From Pilosibacter sp. (GTDB lineage: Bacteria; Bacillota; Clostridia; Lachnospirales; Lachnospiraceae): a stretch of DNA of 36,431 bases. Positions 1-9,173 of this stretch are shown here, piece by piece. Every line of letters starts with the position of its first letter. The first letter of the stretch is position 1. The stretch spans positions 1 through 36,431 of the forward strand of contig JAZOVL010000270.1 of assembly GCA_045658685.1 (NCBI GenBank), in the 5' to 3' direction. The position numbers and the translations under genes are program-made. The notes under the pieces are model-generated. The model did not search any database and was not told the origin of the DNA. It saw only the letters and a list, made by a program, of their open reading frames with translations.

Positions 1-26
1 ATGCGAAGTTTCAGATCAGATGTCAT
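1..26 (-). CDS. 5' end of a gene running off the window, coupled to the BlaI-family repressor (BlaR1/M56 peptidase expected from context only)
   Basis: ATG at 26-24 overlaps the repressor TGA (ATGA overlap), preceded by GAAAGGAA. Reads MTSDLKLR. Product cannot be verified from 8 codons. Confidence 0.45.
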
Positions 27-400
27 AGTTCATTCCTTTCCAAAAGGCTGCGGAGTTCCACCAGTTCGTCTTTCGTAAGCCCACTGTCACAGAGTGCGTT
101 TGCAAAAGTGGAGAGATTTCCTCCACAAAGTTTGTTGAAAAATCGTTTTCCCTGATCTGCAAGATACTCCTGTTTGGAGACAAGCGGATAATACCTGGAA
201 CTGCGGCCGACTTTTTCAATTTGAACAAAGCCTTTTTCTGATAATCTTGTCAATAGCGTCAAGAGTGTGGTCAGCGCCATTGGATGCGTGTCTTTTAAAA
301 TTGCATCAATATTCGTACGGGAAACCGGAGGTGTGCATGACCAGATGGCCTGCATCACTTCCAGTTCGGCATCGGGCAGTTTTCGGATCGTGTTTGACAT
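23..400 (-). CDS. BlaI/MecI/CopY family transcriptional repressor
   Basis: LPDAELEVMQAIW...TTLLTLLTRLSEKGFV...YYPLVSKQEY...FFNKLCGG...LTKDELVEL pattern. Start set to ATG 400 (MSNTIRK) after the AAGGAGGT RBS. Confidence 0.92.
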   Translation of the reverse strand: MSNTIRKLPDAELEVMQAIWSCTPPVSRTNIDAILKDTHPMALTTLLTLLTRLSEKGFVQIEKVGRSSRYYPLVSKQEYLADQGKRFFNKLCGGNLSTFANALCDSGLTKDELVELRSLLERNEL

Positions 401-419
401 AGGGATACCTCCTTTTAGT

Positions 420-1082
420 TTACATCTCACTGAGAATGGTGCTTATTATAAAAAAGAGAAAGTAAAAAATTCTGCTGTATTTCTCTAGCACCGCATATTT
501 AATCCTCGGTTTCTTTAAAATAACACGTTCATGTACGACCGGTTTGGATAGGTCGATGGCAAAGCGGATTCTTTTGGCCAGATCACGAAAGCACTGTATA
601 AGCATAAAAGAAACAAGAAAAAGACCGATGAGCGTAAGTCGGATATCCTGTGCGCTCGCAAGTTCCGGATTTCGTAAACTACGGATAAATACAAAATCAT
701 AGTATATAAAGATCAGCGGGTAAAACAAAAGAATAAACCAGTTATAAGAATTATAAAAAATACCGGCTTGTTTCCTTAATTTTCTATTATCCGGAATATC
801 AGGAGTCCCTTTTGGTGCTCGGTATACATGAAAAAATCCGCCAGGTGCAGAAGTTACATACACGTATCCAAGGCGCTCTAATTCGCTTTGCCGGTGACCG
901 TTTGGTGTTGCGCCTCCGTTATCGGCATCGATCCAGTATTGGAATTCATATTTTTCCTCATCAGAGAATGTGGCATGTGTAGCCCCCCATTTTTCCAAAT
1001 GTAGCCCTTGATCTGCACATTCATTGAACCATGTTTCGTTTTCACGATACTGGTGCGGAGCATATAAGCATTCTAACTTCAT
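420..1082 (-). CDS. DUF2812-like membrane protein
   Basis: N-terminal ETWFNECADQGLHLEK...YWID motif typical of DUF2812, followed by about three hydrophobic segments. GGGAGG RBS. Confidence 0.75.
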   Translation of the reverse strand: MKLECLYAPHQYRENETWFNECADQGLHLEKWGATHATFSDEEKYEFQYWIDADNGGATPNGHRQSELERLGYVYVTSAPGGFFHVYRAPKGTPDIPDNRKLRKQAGIFYNSYNWFILLFYPLIFIYYDFVFIRSLRNPELASAQDIRLTLIGLFLVSFMLIQCFRDLAKRIRFAIDLSKPVVHERVILKKPRIKYAVLEKYSRIFYFLFFIISTILSEM

Positions 1083-1117
1083 TATGATCCCTCCCGAAGA
1101 GTCTGAAATATTTATTC

Positions 1118-1168
1118 TACAAATGTAGTATGTAATTATATTCTACAGTTGTAGAATATAATTGTCAA
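1118..1168 (-). promoter_or_regulatory. SigA promoter with two BlaI/CopY-type operators
   Basis: Minus strand TTGACA (1168-1163), 17 nt, TAGAAT (1145-1140). Boxes TACA-AA-TGTA (1118-1127) and TACA-GT-TGTA (1144-1153); the latter sits within a perfect 14-bp inverted repeat at 1134-1163. Confidence 0.88.
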
Positions 1169-1205
1169 TAGGAGTAAGGAAATTTCCCTAACAACCGCCA
1201 GGTAC

Positions 1206-1234
1206 TTGTAATGTAATACAAATAGTGATAATAT
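1206..1234 (+). promoter_or_regulatory. Putative SigA promoter for a small RNA
   Basis: TTGTAA (1206-1211), 17 nt, TAATAT (1229-1234), with extended -10 TG. Confidence 0.55.
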
Positions 1235-1240
1235 GAAGAT

Positions 1241-1329
1241 AGAAAAGAGGCACGGCCGATAGACGGTTTGTTCCTCGATGATTAGGTCAAAGATAACCGC
1301 ATCAATTGGTCGTTGGGGCGGTTATTTTT
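1241..1329 (+). ncRNA. Putative antisense antitoxin sRNA (type I TA)
   Basis: About 90-nt promoter-to-terminator unit with no ORF. Ends in hairpin ATAACCGC...GCGGTTAT plus a T run and converges on the small hydrophobic ORF. Confidence 0.55.
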
Positions 1330-1334
1330 GTATC

Positions 1335-1418
1335 TTAATGCTTTCTGATTGAGTAACCAAAAGCGATGGCTGTCAATACAAGACTGATTAATGTCATCAT
1401 GTCTGAAAGAGTAATCAT
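1335..1418 (-). CDS. Small hydrophobic peptide, putative type I (holin-like) toxin, 27 aa
   Basis: MITLSDMMTLISLVLTAIAFGYSIRKH*. Strong RBS GAAAGGAGGG, one TM helix, basic C-terminus, own promoter. Below the ORF-track length cutoff. Confidence 0.72.
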   Translation of the reverse strand: MITLSDMMTLISLVLTAIAFGYSIRKH

Positions 1419-1546
1419 AAGCAATCCCTCCTTTCTCAGATTTCCCATGAAAAAATCACAGGATTTCTATGTACTCAGAGGGCAACATTCCCTCCAAGCA
1501 ATGGAGGAATAAACCGCCTACCGTAAATCGCAGTGCCCGTGAAGAA

Positions 1547-1575
1547 ATTATAGCAAACACAGAAAAATGAAACAA
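1547..1575 (-). promoter_or_regulatory. SigA promoter for the small peptide gene
   Basis: Minus strand TTGTTT, 17 nt, TATAAT, with extended TGn. Gives a ~120-nt 5' UTR. Confidence 0.65.
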
Positions 1576-1604
1576 TGTACCAGCAGTTCAATCAGTGATA
1601 TTTC

Positions 1605-1633
1605 TTGAGGTTCCGTTTAAAAAATAGTATAAT
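1605..1633 (+). promoter_or_regulatory. SigA promoter for the amidohydrolase
   Basis: TTGAGG, 17 nt, TATAAT. Confidence 0.6.
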
Positions 1634-1714
1634 AACGGTATAGTGCGAAGGAGTGATTCTACCTCAAATTGTGGACGAAATAGAATTTTAGTAAAAGTAA
1701 AAGGAGAGGTAACC

Positions 1715-2875
1715 ATGATTGCGTTAACAAACTGCAAAGCTGTTACAATTACGAACGGCATCTTAGACAATGCAACAATTTTAGTAGAGGACGGTATTTT
1801 TAAAGCCGTTGGTGTGGATGTGGAGATTCCGACAGATGCGGAAGTGATGGATTTAGGTGGAAAATGGGTGACTCCGGGATTTATCGATGCTCACTGTCAT
1901 TTTTCTGCTATGAGTGAGCCAAGAACAAAAGGAATGGGTGATGACGGTAATGAAGTGACCAATCCGGTTACTGCACATATTCGCATTATCGATGCGCTGA
2001 ATCCCTTTGGAATTGCGTATGAACCGGTTCGCAAAGCCGGTTTTACCACATGTTATACGATGCCTGGTTCTGCCAACGTGATCGGTGGTACAGGTATTGC
2101 ATTTAAGCTGAAAAACGGAAGATGCATTGAGGATATCATTATTCCGGGAACAGAAATGATGAAGATGGCTTTGGGCGAGAATCCGAAGGGCGCCTACGGT
2201 GGTCAGAAAAAGATGCCGATGACTCGTATGGGTACTGGCGCTGTACTCCGTGAGGCATTGTTCCAGGCGAAGCAGTATTCGGATGATCTTCTTGCTGAAA
2301 AAGAAGACAAGAAAGTAAAAAGAGATTTTAAATTAGAGGCTCTTGTTCCGGTTGTTCGAGGTGAGATGCGCTGCAGAATCCATTGTCATCGTGCGGACGA
2401 TATCATGACGGCAATCCGAATTGCAGAGGAATTTGGTTTGGAATTTACGATAGAGCATGCAACTGAAGGTTATAAGATTGCAGATATTCTTGCAGAAAAG
2501 AATGTCACATGTGTGGTTGGTCCGATGCGTATGATTCCGGGTAAGATGGAAGTGTGGGATTGTACTATTGAAAATCCGGCGCTGTTAGAGAAAGCAGGTG
2601 TTGAGTTCGCATTGACTGCAGATGCAGAAACTGCGACACAGTGGCTTCCGGAGGAGACTGGCGTAGCGATGGCATATGGTCTTTCTGAGGAAACAGCGTT
2701 TAAAGCATTAACAATCAATGCAGCGAAAGTATTGAAACTGGATCACAGAATCGGAAGTCTCGAAGCAGGAAAAGATGCAGATCTGGCGATTTTCGACGGA
2801 CATCCGCTGAGCAATATGACTCGTTGTAAGGCAACGATGATTGATGGCAAATTCTGGTATAATGAATTGAATTAA
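1715..2875 (+). CDS. Metal-dependent amidohydrolase family protein
   Basis: TPGFIDAHCH, KMALGENP, IHCHRADD, EHA, TINAAK...GSLEAGKDADL. Start moved to ATG 1715 after the AAGGAGAGG RBS. Confidence 0.9.
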   Translation: MIALTNCKAVTITNGILDNATILVEDGIFKAVGVDVEIPTDAEVMDLGGKWVTPGFIDAHCHFSAMSEPRTKGMGDDGNEVTNPVTAHIRIIDALNPFGIAYEPVRKAGFTTCYTMPGSANVIGGTGIAFKLKNGRCIEDIIIPGTEMMKMALGENPKGAYGGQKKMPMTRMGTGAVLREALFQAKQYSDDLLAEKEDKKVKRDFKLEALVPVVRGEMRCRIHCHRADDIMTAIRIAEEFGLEFTIEHATEGYKIADILAEKNVTCVVGPMRMIPGKMEVWDCTIENPALLEKAGVEFALTADAETATQWLPEETGVAMAYGLSEETAFKALTINAAKVLKLDHRIGSLEAGKDADLAIFDGHPLSNMTRCKATMIDGKFWYNELN

Positions 2876-2890
2876 TAAGAAAAATTATAA

Positions 2891-2930
2891 ATAGACTGGT
2901 CAGGAATGATTTTGGCCAGTCTGTTTTTAT
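2891..2930 (+). terminator. Intrinsic terminator
   Basis: AGACTGGTCA...TGGCCAGTCT hairpin followed by a T-rich run. Confidence 0.75.
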
Positions 2931-2948
2931 TTTTATGAAAAAATATTC

Positions 2949-3003
2949 TTGACAAATTTTGAAACTCAAAGTATTATGTGCATATAGTTTGAATTTCAAA
3001 CTA
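2949..3003 (+). promoter_or_regulatory. fab operon SigA promoter with two FabT-type palindromes
   Basis: TTGACA (2949-2954), 17 nt, TATTAT (2972-2977). TTTGA-N3-TCAAA at 2958-2970 and TAGTTTGA-ATT-TCAAACTA at 2985-3003. Confidence 0.85.
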
Positions 3004-3035
3004 ATAAAAATATTGGAAAAGCGCAGGAAAGTACT

Positions 3036-4001
3036 ATGACAGCCAGAATTGCAGGAATCGGTGCATATGTACCGCAAACAATTGTGACGAATGACGATTT
3101 GGCGAAGATTGTTGAAACAAGTGATGAGTGGATTTCCAGTCGAACCGGAATCAGAGAACGGCGGATTTCTATAAAAGAAGGAACATCTGATTTGGCAGCA
3201 GAAGCAGCCAGACGTGCATTGGAGGCAGCAAGAGTAAAGCCGGAAGAATTGGATTTGATCATTTTGGGAACTTCTTCTCCGGACTGCAATTACCCGAGTG
3301 GAGCGTGTGAGGTCCAGGCCAAGATCGGTGCGGTAAATGCAGCAGCGTTTGATGTGTCTGCAGCCTGTGCAGGATTTATTTTTGCATTGAATATTGTGCA
3401 GGGATTTTTTAAGGCAGGCATTTATCAGAATGCTTTGATCATAGGTGCAGAAACGCTAAGCAAAGTAACCAACTGGGAGGATCGATCTACTTGTGTCCTG
3501 TTTGGTGACGGTGCGGGTGCAGCGGTTTTGAAAAATGAGGAATCTGGTGTGATCGATATGTTGATGGGATCGGACGGTACAAAAGGTGATTCTCTGAAAT
3601 GTACGTCCAGAACACTTGGAAATTTCCTCACAGGAGAAAAACCGGAGTTGGGATTTATGACCATGGATGGTCAGGAAGTGTTCCGATTTGCGGTAAAACG
3701 TGTTCCGGAAAGTATCGAGACGCTGATGAAGCAAAATCAGATATCGAAGGAAGAAATCGCATATTATGTTCTGCATCAGGCGAATGAAAGAATCGTTGAG
3801 GCAGTAGCCAGAAGATTAAAAGAACCCATGGATAAATTCCCAATGACGATTTCAAAATACGGAAACACATCAACTGCCTCAATCCCGTTGCTGTTGGATG
3901 ATATGCTGAAGAAAGGGATGTTGAAACAAGGTGATAAGATCATCATGTCCGGATTTGGTGCAGGAATGACTTGGGGAGCGGTGCTTCTTGAGTGGAGATA
4001 A
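3036..4001 (+). CDS. fabH: 3-oxoacyl-ACP synthase III
   Basis: DVSAACAGF, HQAN and YGNTS catalytic motifs; LFGDGAGA. Confidence 0.97.
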   Translation: MTARIAGIGAYVPQTIVTNDDLAKIVETSDEWISSRTGIRERRISIKEGTSDLAAEAARRALEAARVKPEELDLIILGTSSPDCNYPSGACEVQAKIGAVNAAAFDVSAACAGFIFALNIVQGFFKAGIYQNALIIGAETLSKVTNWEDRSTCVLFGDGAGAAVLKNEESGVIDMLMGSDGTKGDSLKCTSRTLGNFLTGEKPELGFMTMDGQEVFRFAVKRVPESIETLMKQNQISKEEIAYYVLHQANERIVEAVARRLKEPMDKFPMTISKYGNTSTASIPLLLDDMLKKGMLKQGDKIIMSGFGAGMTWGAVLLEWR

Positions 4002-4019
4002 ATTTTTTTAACTTAATAC

Positions 4020-4032
4020 TTTGAAAATCAAA
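4020..4032. promoter_or_regulatory. Third FabT-type palindrome upstream of acpP
   Basis: TTTGA-AAA-TCAAA, same consensus as the two sites upstream of fabH. Confidence 0.65.
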
Positions 4033-4062
4033 TAAAACAATATAAAAAGGAGATTAGAAATC

Positions 4063-4296
4063 ATGTTAGAGAAAATGAAAGAATTAATTGCAGATCAGTT
4101 AGGTATTGATGCGGAGGCGATCACAGCGGAGTCCAAATTTAAGGATGATCTTGGGGCAGATTCTCTTGATTTATTTGAACTTGTAATGGCGCTGGAAGAT
4201 GAATATTCCGTAGAGATTCCGGCTGAGGATCTTCAGGGAATGGTAACAGTGGGTGATGTGATCAACTACATCAAGAGCAAGGGTGTTGAAGAATAA
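4063..4296 (+). CDS. acpP: Acyl carrier protein
   Basis: DDLGADSLD phosphopantetheine site; acidic 77-aa protein. Confidence 0.97.
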   Translation: MLEKMKELIADQLGIDAEAITAESKFKDDLGADSLDLFELVMALEDEYSVEIPAEDLQGMVTVGDVINYIKSKGVEE

Positions 4297-4335
4297 TTCC
4301 TGAAATAACAGAAAGCTGAAGAACAGGAGCAAAAA

Positions 4336-5262
4336 ATGAAAACAAAAATTACCGAGTTACTTGGGATTGAATATCCGATTATCCAGGGCGGAATGGCCTG
4401 GGTAGCGGAGCATCATCTGGCGGCGGCGGTTTCAGAAGCCGGAGGCCTGGGCCTGATCGGAGCAGCCAATGCACCGGCAGATGTGGTCCGCGGGGAAATT
4501 CGTAAGGCGAAAGAACTGACAAAGAAACCGTTTGGTGTCAATATCATGCTGATGAGTCCGCATGCAGACGAAATTGCAAAGGTTGTTGTGGAAGAAGGCG
4601 TAAAGGTTGTAACAACCGGTGCCGGAAATCCAGGCAAATACATGAAAATGTGGAAAGAGGCAGGAATCAAAGTAATCCCGGTCGTGGCTTCCGTTGCTCT
4701 GGCAAGAATGATGGAAAAAGCCGGTGCTGATGCAGTTGTTGCAGAAGGTACAGAGTCCGGTGGTCATATTGGTGAAACGACGACAATGGCGTTGGTTCCT
4801 CAGGTGGTTGATGCGGTATCAATTCCGGTTATTGCAGCGGGAGGTATCGGAGATGGAAGAGGAATTGCAGCGGCTTTTATGTTGGGCGCAGAGGCGGTTC
4901 AGATGGGAACCAGATTTTTGGTGGCGAAAGAATCCATCATACATGCAAATTATAAAGAACGCGTGCTCAAGGCAAAAGATATTGATTCAGCTGTTACAGG
5001 CAGAAGTCACGGGCATCCGGTCCGCAGTCTGAGAAATCAAATGACGAGAGAGTACGGAAAGCTGGAAGCAGAAGGAAAGAGTTTTGAAGAGCTTGAGTAT
5101 CTGACACTTGGTGCGCTGAGAAAAGCAGTTGTTGAAGGTGATGTGACAAACGGCACAGTCATGGCTGGTCAGATTGCAGGAATGATCTCAAAAGAACAGA
5201 CTTGCAGTGAGATGATTGAAGAAATGATGGAGCAGACAATGAAACTGCTTGGAAGAAGATAG
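4336..5262 (+). CDS. fabK: Enoyl-ACP reductase II
   Basis: YPIIQGGMAW, EGTESGGHIG, AAGGIGDGRG, MAGQIAG. Confidence 0.96.
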   Translation: MKTKITELLGIEYPIIQGGMAWVAEHHLAAAVSEAGGLGLIGAANAPADVVRGEIRKAKELTKKPFGVNIMLMSPHADEIAKVVVEEGVKVVTTGAGNPGKYMKMWKEAGIKVIPVVASVALARMMEKAGADAVVAEGTESGGHIGETTTMALVPQVVDAVSIPVIAAGGIGDGRGIAAAFMLGAEAVQMGTRFLVAKESIIHANYKERVLKAKDIDSAVTGRSHGHPVRSLRNQMTREYGKLEAEGKSFEELEYLTLGALRKAVVEGDVTNGTVMAGQIAGMISKEQTCSEMIEEMMEQTMKLLGRR

Positions 5263-5280
5263 AAGATACGGAGAACGTAC

Positions 5281-6189
5281 ATGGGTAAGACAGCATTTAT
5301 TTTTCCCGGTCAGGGAGCGCAGGTTTGCGGTATGGGACAAGATTTTTACGAAAAGACAGAGATCGGACGCAAGATTTTTGATCGTGCATCGGAACTTTTG
5401 GGATTTTCTGTTCCGGATCTTTGTTTTGAGACCAATGATCGACTGGATATAACCGAGTATACACAGCCGGCGATGGTAACCACCAGCTTGGCTATGTGGA
5501 AAGTCATAGAAGAGATGGGAGTCAAGGCAGATGTGGCCGCGGGTCTGAGCCTGGGCGAATATCCGGCGATGGCCGCAGCGGGAGTTATAAGTGTGGAGGA
5601 TGCGATTTTAACGGTACGTCGCAGGGGAATTCTCATGCAGGAAGCAGTTCCGGCAGGAATTGGCGGAATGAGTGCTGTTTTGGGAATGACTGCAGAACAG
5701 ATCAATGCAGTTGTCGATCCGCTCGAGAATGTTCAGGTGGCAAATTATAATTGTCCTGGCCAGATTGTGATTTCCGGCAAACTGGATGCGGTGGAGCTTG
5801 CAGCGGAAAAACTGAAGGAGGCCGGTGCAAGACGCGTACTTCCGTTAAATGTCAGTGGCCCTTTCCATTCTTATTTGTTAGAAGAAGCAGGGAATAAACT
5901 GGGCGAGTTTCTGGAGAATATTCCGGTACATGAGCCGAACATTCCATATGTTGCAAATGTGAATGCAGAATACGTAAGAACTGCAGGAGAGGTAAAACCA
6001 TTGCTGACAAAGCAGGTATCTTCTTCTGTTCGTTGGCAGCAGAGTGTAGAAGCCATGATCGCGGATGGTGTTGATCGCTTTATTGAGATTGGACCGGGCA
6101 AAACACTGGCTGGATTTATCAAAAAAATTGACCGTAATGTTACGGTGATCAATATTGAAAAAGTCGAAGACTTGGCAAAATTAAACTAG
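5281..6189 (+). CDS. fabD: Malonyl-CoA:ACP transacylase
   Basis: FPGQGAQ, GLSLGEY, ANYNCPGQ, VSGPFHS. Confidence 0.97.
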   Translation: MGKTAFIFPGQGAQVCGMGQDFYEKTEIGRKIFDRASELLGFSVPDLCFETNDRLDITEYTQPAMVTTSLAMWKVIEEMGVKADVAAGLSLGEYPAMAAAGVISVEDAILTVRRRGILMQEAVPAGIGGMSAVLGMTAEQINAVVDPLENVQVANYNCPGQIVISGKLDAVELAAEKLKEAGARRVLPLNVSGPFHSYLLEEAGNKLGEFLENIPVHEPNIPYVANVNAEYVRTAGEVKPLLTKQVSSSVRWQQSVEAMIADGVDRFIEIGPGKTLAGFIKKIDRNVTVINIEKVEDLAKLN

Positions 6190-6201
6190 GAGTGAAATGT
6201 T

Positions 6202-6945
6202 ATGGATTTAACCGGAAAGATTGCACTTGTTACAGGTGCGAGCCGTGGTATCGGACGTCAGATCGCAGTGACACTTGCTTGTTACGGAGCAACTGTAGTA
6301 GTCAACTATCATGGTTCCCAGGCAAAAGCTGAGGAAGTTGTAAAAGAGATTGAAGCAAATGGTGGACATGCAGAGGCAGTGCAGTGCAATGTTGCGGAAT
6401 TTGAACAGGCAAAAGAGCTGATCGATGGTGTTGTAAAAACTTATGGTCGTCTGGATATTCTGGTAAACAATGCAGGAATCACCAGAGACAATTTGATCAT
6501 GAAAATGTCTGAAGAGGATTTTGATGCGGTTCTTTCCACAAATTTAAAAGGTGCATTCAACTGTGTAAAACATGTTGCAAGACAGATGTTAAAGCAGAAA
6601 TCCGGACGTATTATCAACATTTCCTCGGTATCCGGAGTGATGGGAAATGCAGGGCAGGCAAACTACTGCGCGTCAAAAGCCGGAGTGATCGGTCTTACAA
6701 AGTCTGTAGCGAGAGAACTCGGCAGCCGTGGGATCACTTCCAATGCGGTTGCTCCTGGATTCATCGAAACAGAAATGACAGCCGTACTTTCAGAGGATGT
6801 AAAGAAAGCGATGGGAGACCAGATCCCGTTAAAACGATTTGGACAGACCAAAGATATTGCAGAGACAGTTGCATTCCTTGCATCTGATCATGCAGGTTAT
6901 ATCACCGGTCAGGTAATCCAGGTCGACGGCGGTATGGCGATGTAA
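6202..6945 (+). CDS. fabG: 3-oxoacyl-ACP reductase
   Basis: [24 protein letters not shown] motifs. Confidence 0.97.
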   Translation: MDLTGKIALVTGASRGIGRQIAVTLACYGATVVVNYHGSQAKAEEVVKEIEANGGHAEAVQCNVAEFEQAKELIDGVVKTYGRLDILVNNAGITRDNLIMKMSEEDFDAVLSTNLKGAFNCVKHVARQMLKQKSGRIINISSVSGVMGNAGQANYCASKAGVIGLTKSVARELGSRGITSNAVAPGFIETEMTAVLSEDVKKAMGDQIPLKRFGQTKDIAETVAFLASDHAGYITGQVIQVDGGMAM

Positions 6946-6964
6946 ATATAAGGAGATTTGAGAT

Positions 6965-8200
6965 ATGAACAGAGTAGTAGTGACTGGTCTTGGAGCCATT
7001 ACTCCGATCGGAAACGATGTAAATACATTTTGGAACGGTCTGAAAGAAAAGAAGATTGGATTTGGTCCGATCACAGCTTTTGATGCGACAGAATATAAGG
7101 CAAAACTGGCAGCAGAGGTAAAGGATTTTGATGCGAAACAGTACATGGATCCGAAAGCTGCAAGACGTATGGAACGTTTCTCCCAGTTTGCAGTGGCAGC
7201 GGCAAAAGAAGCATTGGAAGATGCAGGCATACACATGGAGCAGGAAGATCCGTTTCGCGTTGGAGTCAGTGTTGGTTCTGGTGTCGGAAGTTTACAGGTC
7301 ATTGAAAAAGAACATACAAAATTAACAGAAAAAGGTCCGGGTCGTGTGAATCCGCTGATGGTACCGCTGATGATCGGAAATATGGCAGCAGGAAATATTT
7401 CCATTCAGTTTGGTTTAAAAGGAAAAAATATCGATGTTGTAACGGCATGTGCGTCCGGTACAAACAGCATTGGTGAAGCGATGCGTACCATTCAGTATGG
7501 AGATGCAGATGTGATGGTGGCAGGCGGTGCAGAGGCATGTATTACACCGATCGGTGTGGCTGGATTTGCAGGTCTTACCGCTCTTTCCACATCAGAAAAT
7601 CCGGCGCGCGCATCGATTCCGTTCGATAAAGAGCGCGATGGATTTGTAATCGGTGAAGGTGCCGGAATTGTGGTACTGGAATCTCTGGAACATGCGAAAG
7701 CCCGTGGTGCAAGAATCTATGCGGAACTGGTCGGATATGGTGCCACCAGTGATGCGTATCACATTACTTCTCCGGCAGAAGACGGAAGCGGTGCGGCGAG
7801 AGCGATGATCAATGCAATCCATGATGCAGGAATTCAGCCGGAACAGATCGACTATGTGAATGCACATGGCACAGCCACTCATCACAACGATCTGTTTGAA
7901 ACAAAAGCGATTAAGTCAGCACTGGGAGAACATGCAAAATATGTGAAGATCAACTCTACAAAATCCATGATCGGACACCTTCTTGGTGCAGCGGGCGGAG
8001 TCGAACTGATTGTTTGTGTGAAAGCGATCGAGAATGGATTTGTACATGCAACAGCCGGTCTTCAGGTGGAGGATCCGGAATGTGATCTGGATTATACAAA
8101 GGGCGAAGGTGTTCACATGGATGTGAACTATGCGATCAGTAACTCACTGGGATTTGGCGGACATAATGCCAGCCTGTTAGTAAAAAAATTCGAGGAATAA
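6965..8200 (+). CDS. fabF: 3-oxoacyl-ACP synthase II
   Basis: RVVVTGLG, TACASG, NAHGT, KSMIGHLLGAAG, NSLGFGGHN. Confidence 0.97.
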   Translation: MNRVVVTGLGAITPIGNDVNTFWNGLKEKKIGFGPITAFDATEYKAKLAAEVKDFDAKQYMDPKAARRMERFSQFAVAAAKEALEDAGIHMEQEDPFRVGVSVGSGVGSLQVIEKEHTKLTEKGPGRVNPLMVPLMIGNMAAGNISIQFGLKGKNIDVVTACASGTNSIGEAMRTIQYGDADVMVAGGAEACITPIGVAGFAGLTALSTSENPARASIPFDKERDGFVIGEGAGIVVLESLEHAKARGARIYAELVGYGATSDAYHITSPAEDGSGAARAMINAIHDAGIQPEQIDYVNAHGTATHHNDLFETKAIKSALGEHAKYVKINSTKSMIGHLLGAAGGVELIVCVKAIENGFVHATAGLQVEDPECDLDYTKGEGVHMDVNYAISNSLGFGGHNASLLVKKFEE

Positions 8201-8211
8201 GGAGCCGGAGT

Positions 8212-8667
8212 ATGGAAGTCAAAGAAATCATTGAATTGATGAAAGCTGTTTCTGACAACGGTCTTACAAAGTTTGAGCTGGAGCAGGGAGATACAAAACT
8301 TGTGATGAAACGGGAAAAACAGATGGTAACGGTATCTGCTCCGACAGTAATTCCAGCTGTGGTTTCGGCAGAAACAACAGTGGCAACTCCGAATGACAGC
8401 TCTGATCAGAATATTGACAGTATAGTGTATACAGGAAATGTAATTTCCTGCCCATTAGTAGGAACATTCTACAGTGCTCCATCTCCGGATGCTGAATGTT
8501 TTGTTAAGGTTGGTGACCGTGTAAAAAAAGGCCAGGTAGTCGGTATCGTTGAGGCGATGAAGCTGATGAATGAGATAGAAAGTGAATTCGATGGTGTTGT
8601 GGAAGCCATTCTGGTGAATAATGAGGACACTGTTGAATATGGACAGCCTTTAATTGTGATTCGTTAA
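8212..8667 (+). CDS. accB: Acetyl-CoA carboxylase biotin carboxyl carrier protein
   Basis: PLVGTFY and EAMKLMN biotinylation motif. Confidence 0.96.
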   Translation: MEVKEIIELMKAVSDNGLTKFELEQGDTKLVMKREKQMVTVSAPTVIPAVVSAETTVATPNDSSDQNIDSIVYTGNVISCPLVGTFYSAPSPDAECFVKVGDRVKKGQVVGIVEAMKLMNEIESEFDGVVEAILVNNEDTVEYGQPLIVIR

Positions 8668-8705
8668 GAGGATGAAATCCTTTAGACGAAGGCAGGAGGA
8701 TCAAT

Positions 8706-9128
8706 ATGTTAGGAATAAAAGAAATTCAGGAAATAATTCCGCACAGACATCCGTTTCTTCTAATTGACGGTATTGAAGAGATGGAACCGGGTGTTCGCGC
8801 GGTTGGATATAAATGTGTGACCTATAATGAGCCGTATTTCCAAGGCCATTTTCCACAGGAGCCGGTAATGCCGGGGGTATTAATCGTGGAGGCGTTGGCG
8901 CAGACCGGAGCAGCAGCAATCTTGAGTTTGGAAACAAATAAGGGTAAGGTTGCATATTTTGGCGGCATGAATAACGTCAAATTCAAAAAGAAAGTAGTTC
9001 CGGGCGATAAACTTCGTCTGGAGTGTGAAATTATCAAGCAGAAAGGCCCGGTCGGAATCGGTAAAGCAATCGCGACCGTGGATGGCAAAGTGGCAGTGAC
9101 TGCAGAGCTGACATTTGCTGTTTCTTAA
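8706..9128 (+). CDS. fabZ: 3-hydroxyacyl-ACP dehydratase
   Basis: [28 protein letters not shown]. Confidence 0.96.
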   Translation: MLGIKEIQEIIPHRHPFLLIDGIEEMEPGVRAVGYKCVTYNEPYFQGHFPQEPVMPGVLIVEALAQTGAAAILSLETNKGKVAYFGGMNNVKFKKKVVPGDKLRLECEIIKQKGPVGIGKAIATVDGKVAVTAELTFAVS

Positions 9129-9173
9129 ATGAAAGAAGATCAAAGGAAAATAATGGGTTAGGCTGGTGAAGAA

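Noticed and set aside
5542-5562. FabD GLSLG instead of GHSLG as a sign of inactivation
   Set aside because: The catalytic Ser is retained and GLSLG is a common Firmicute variant.
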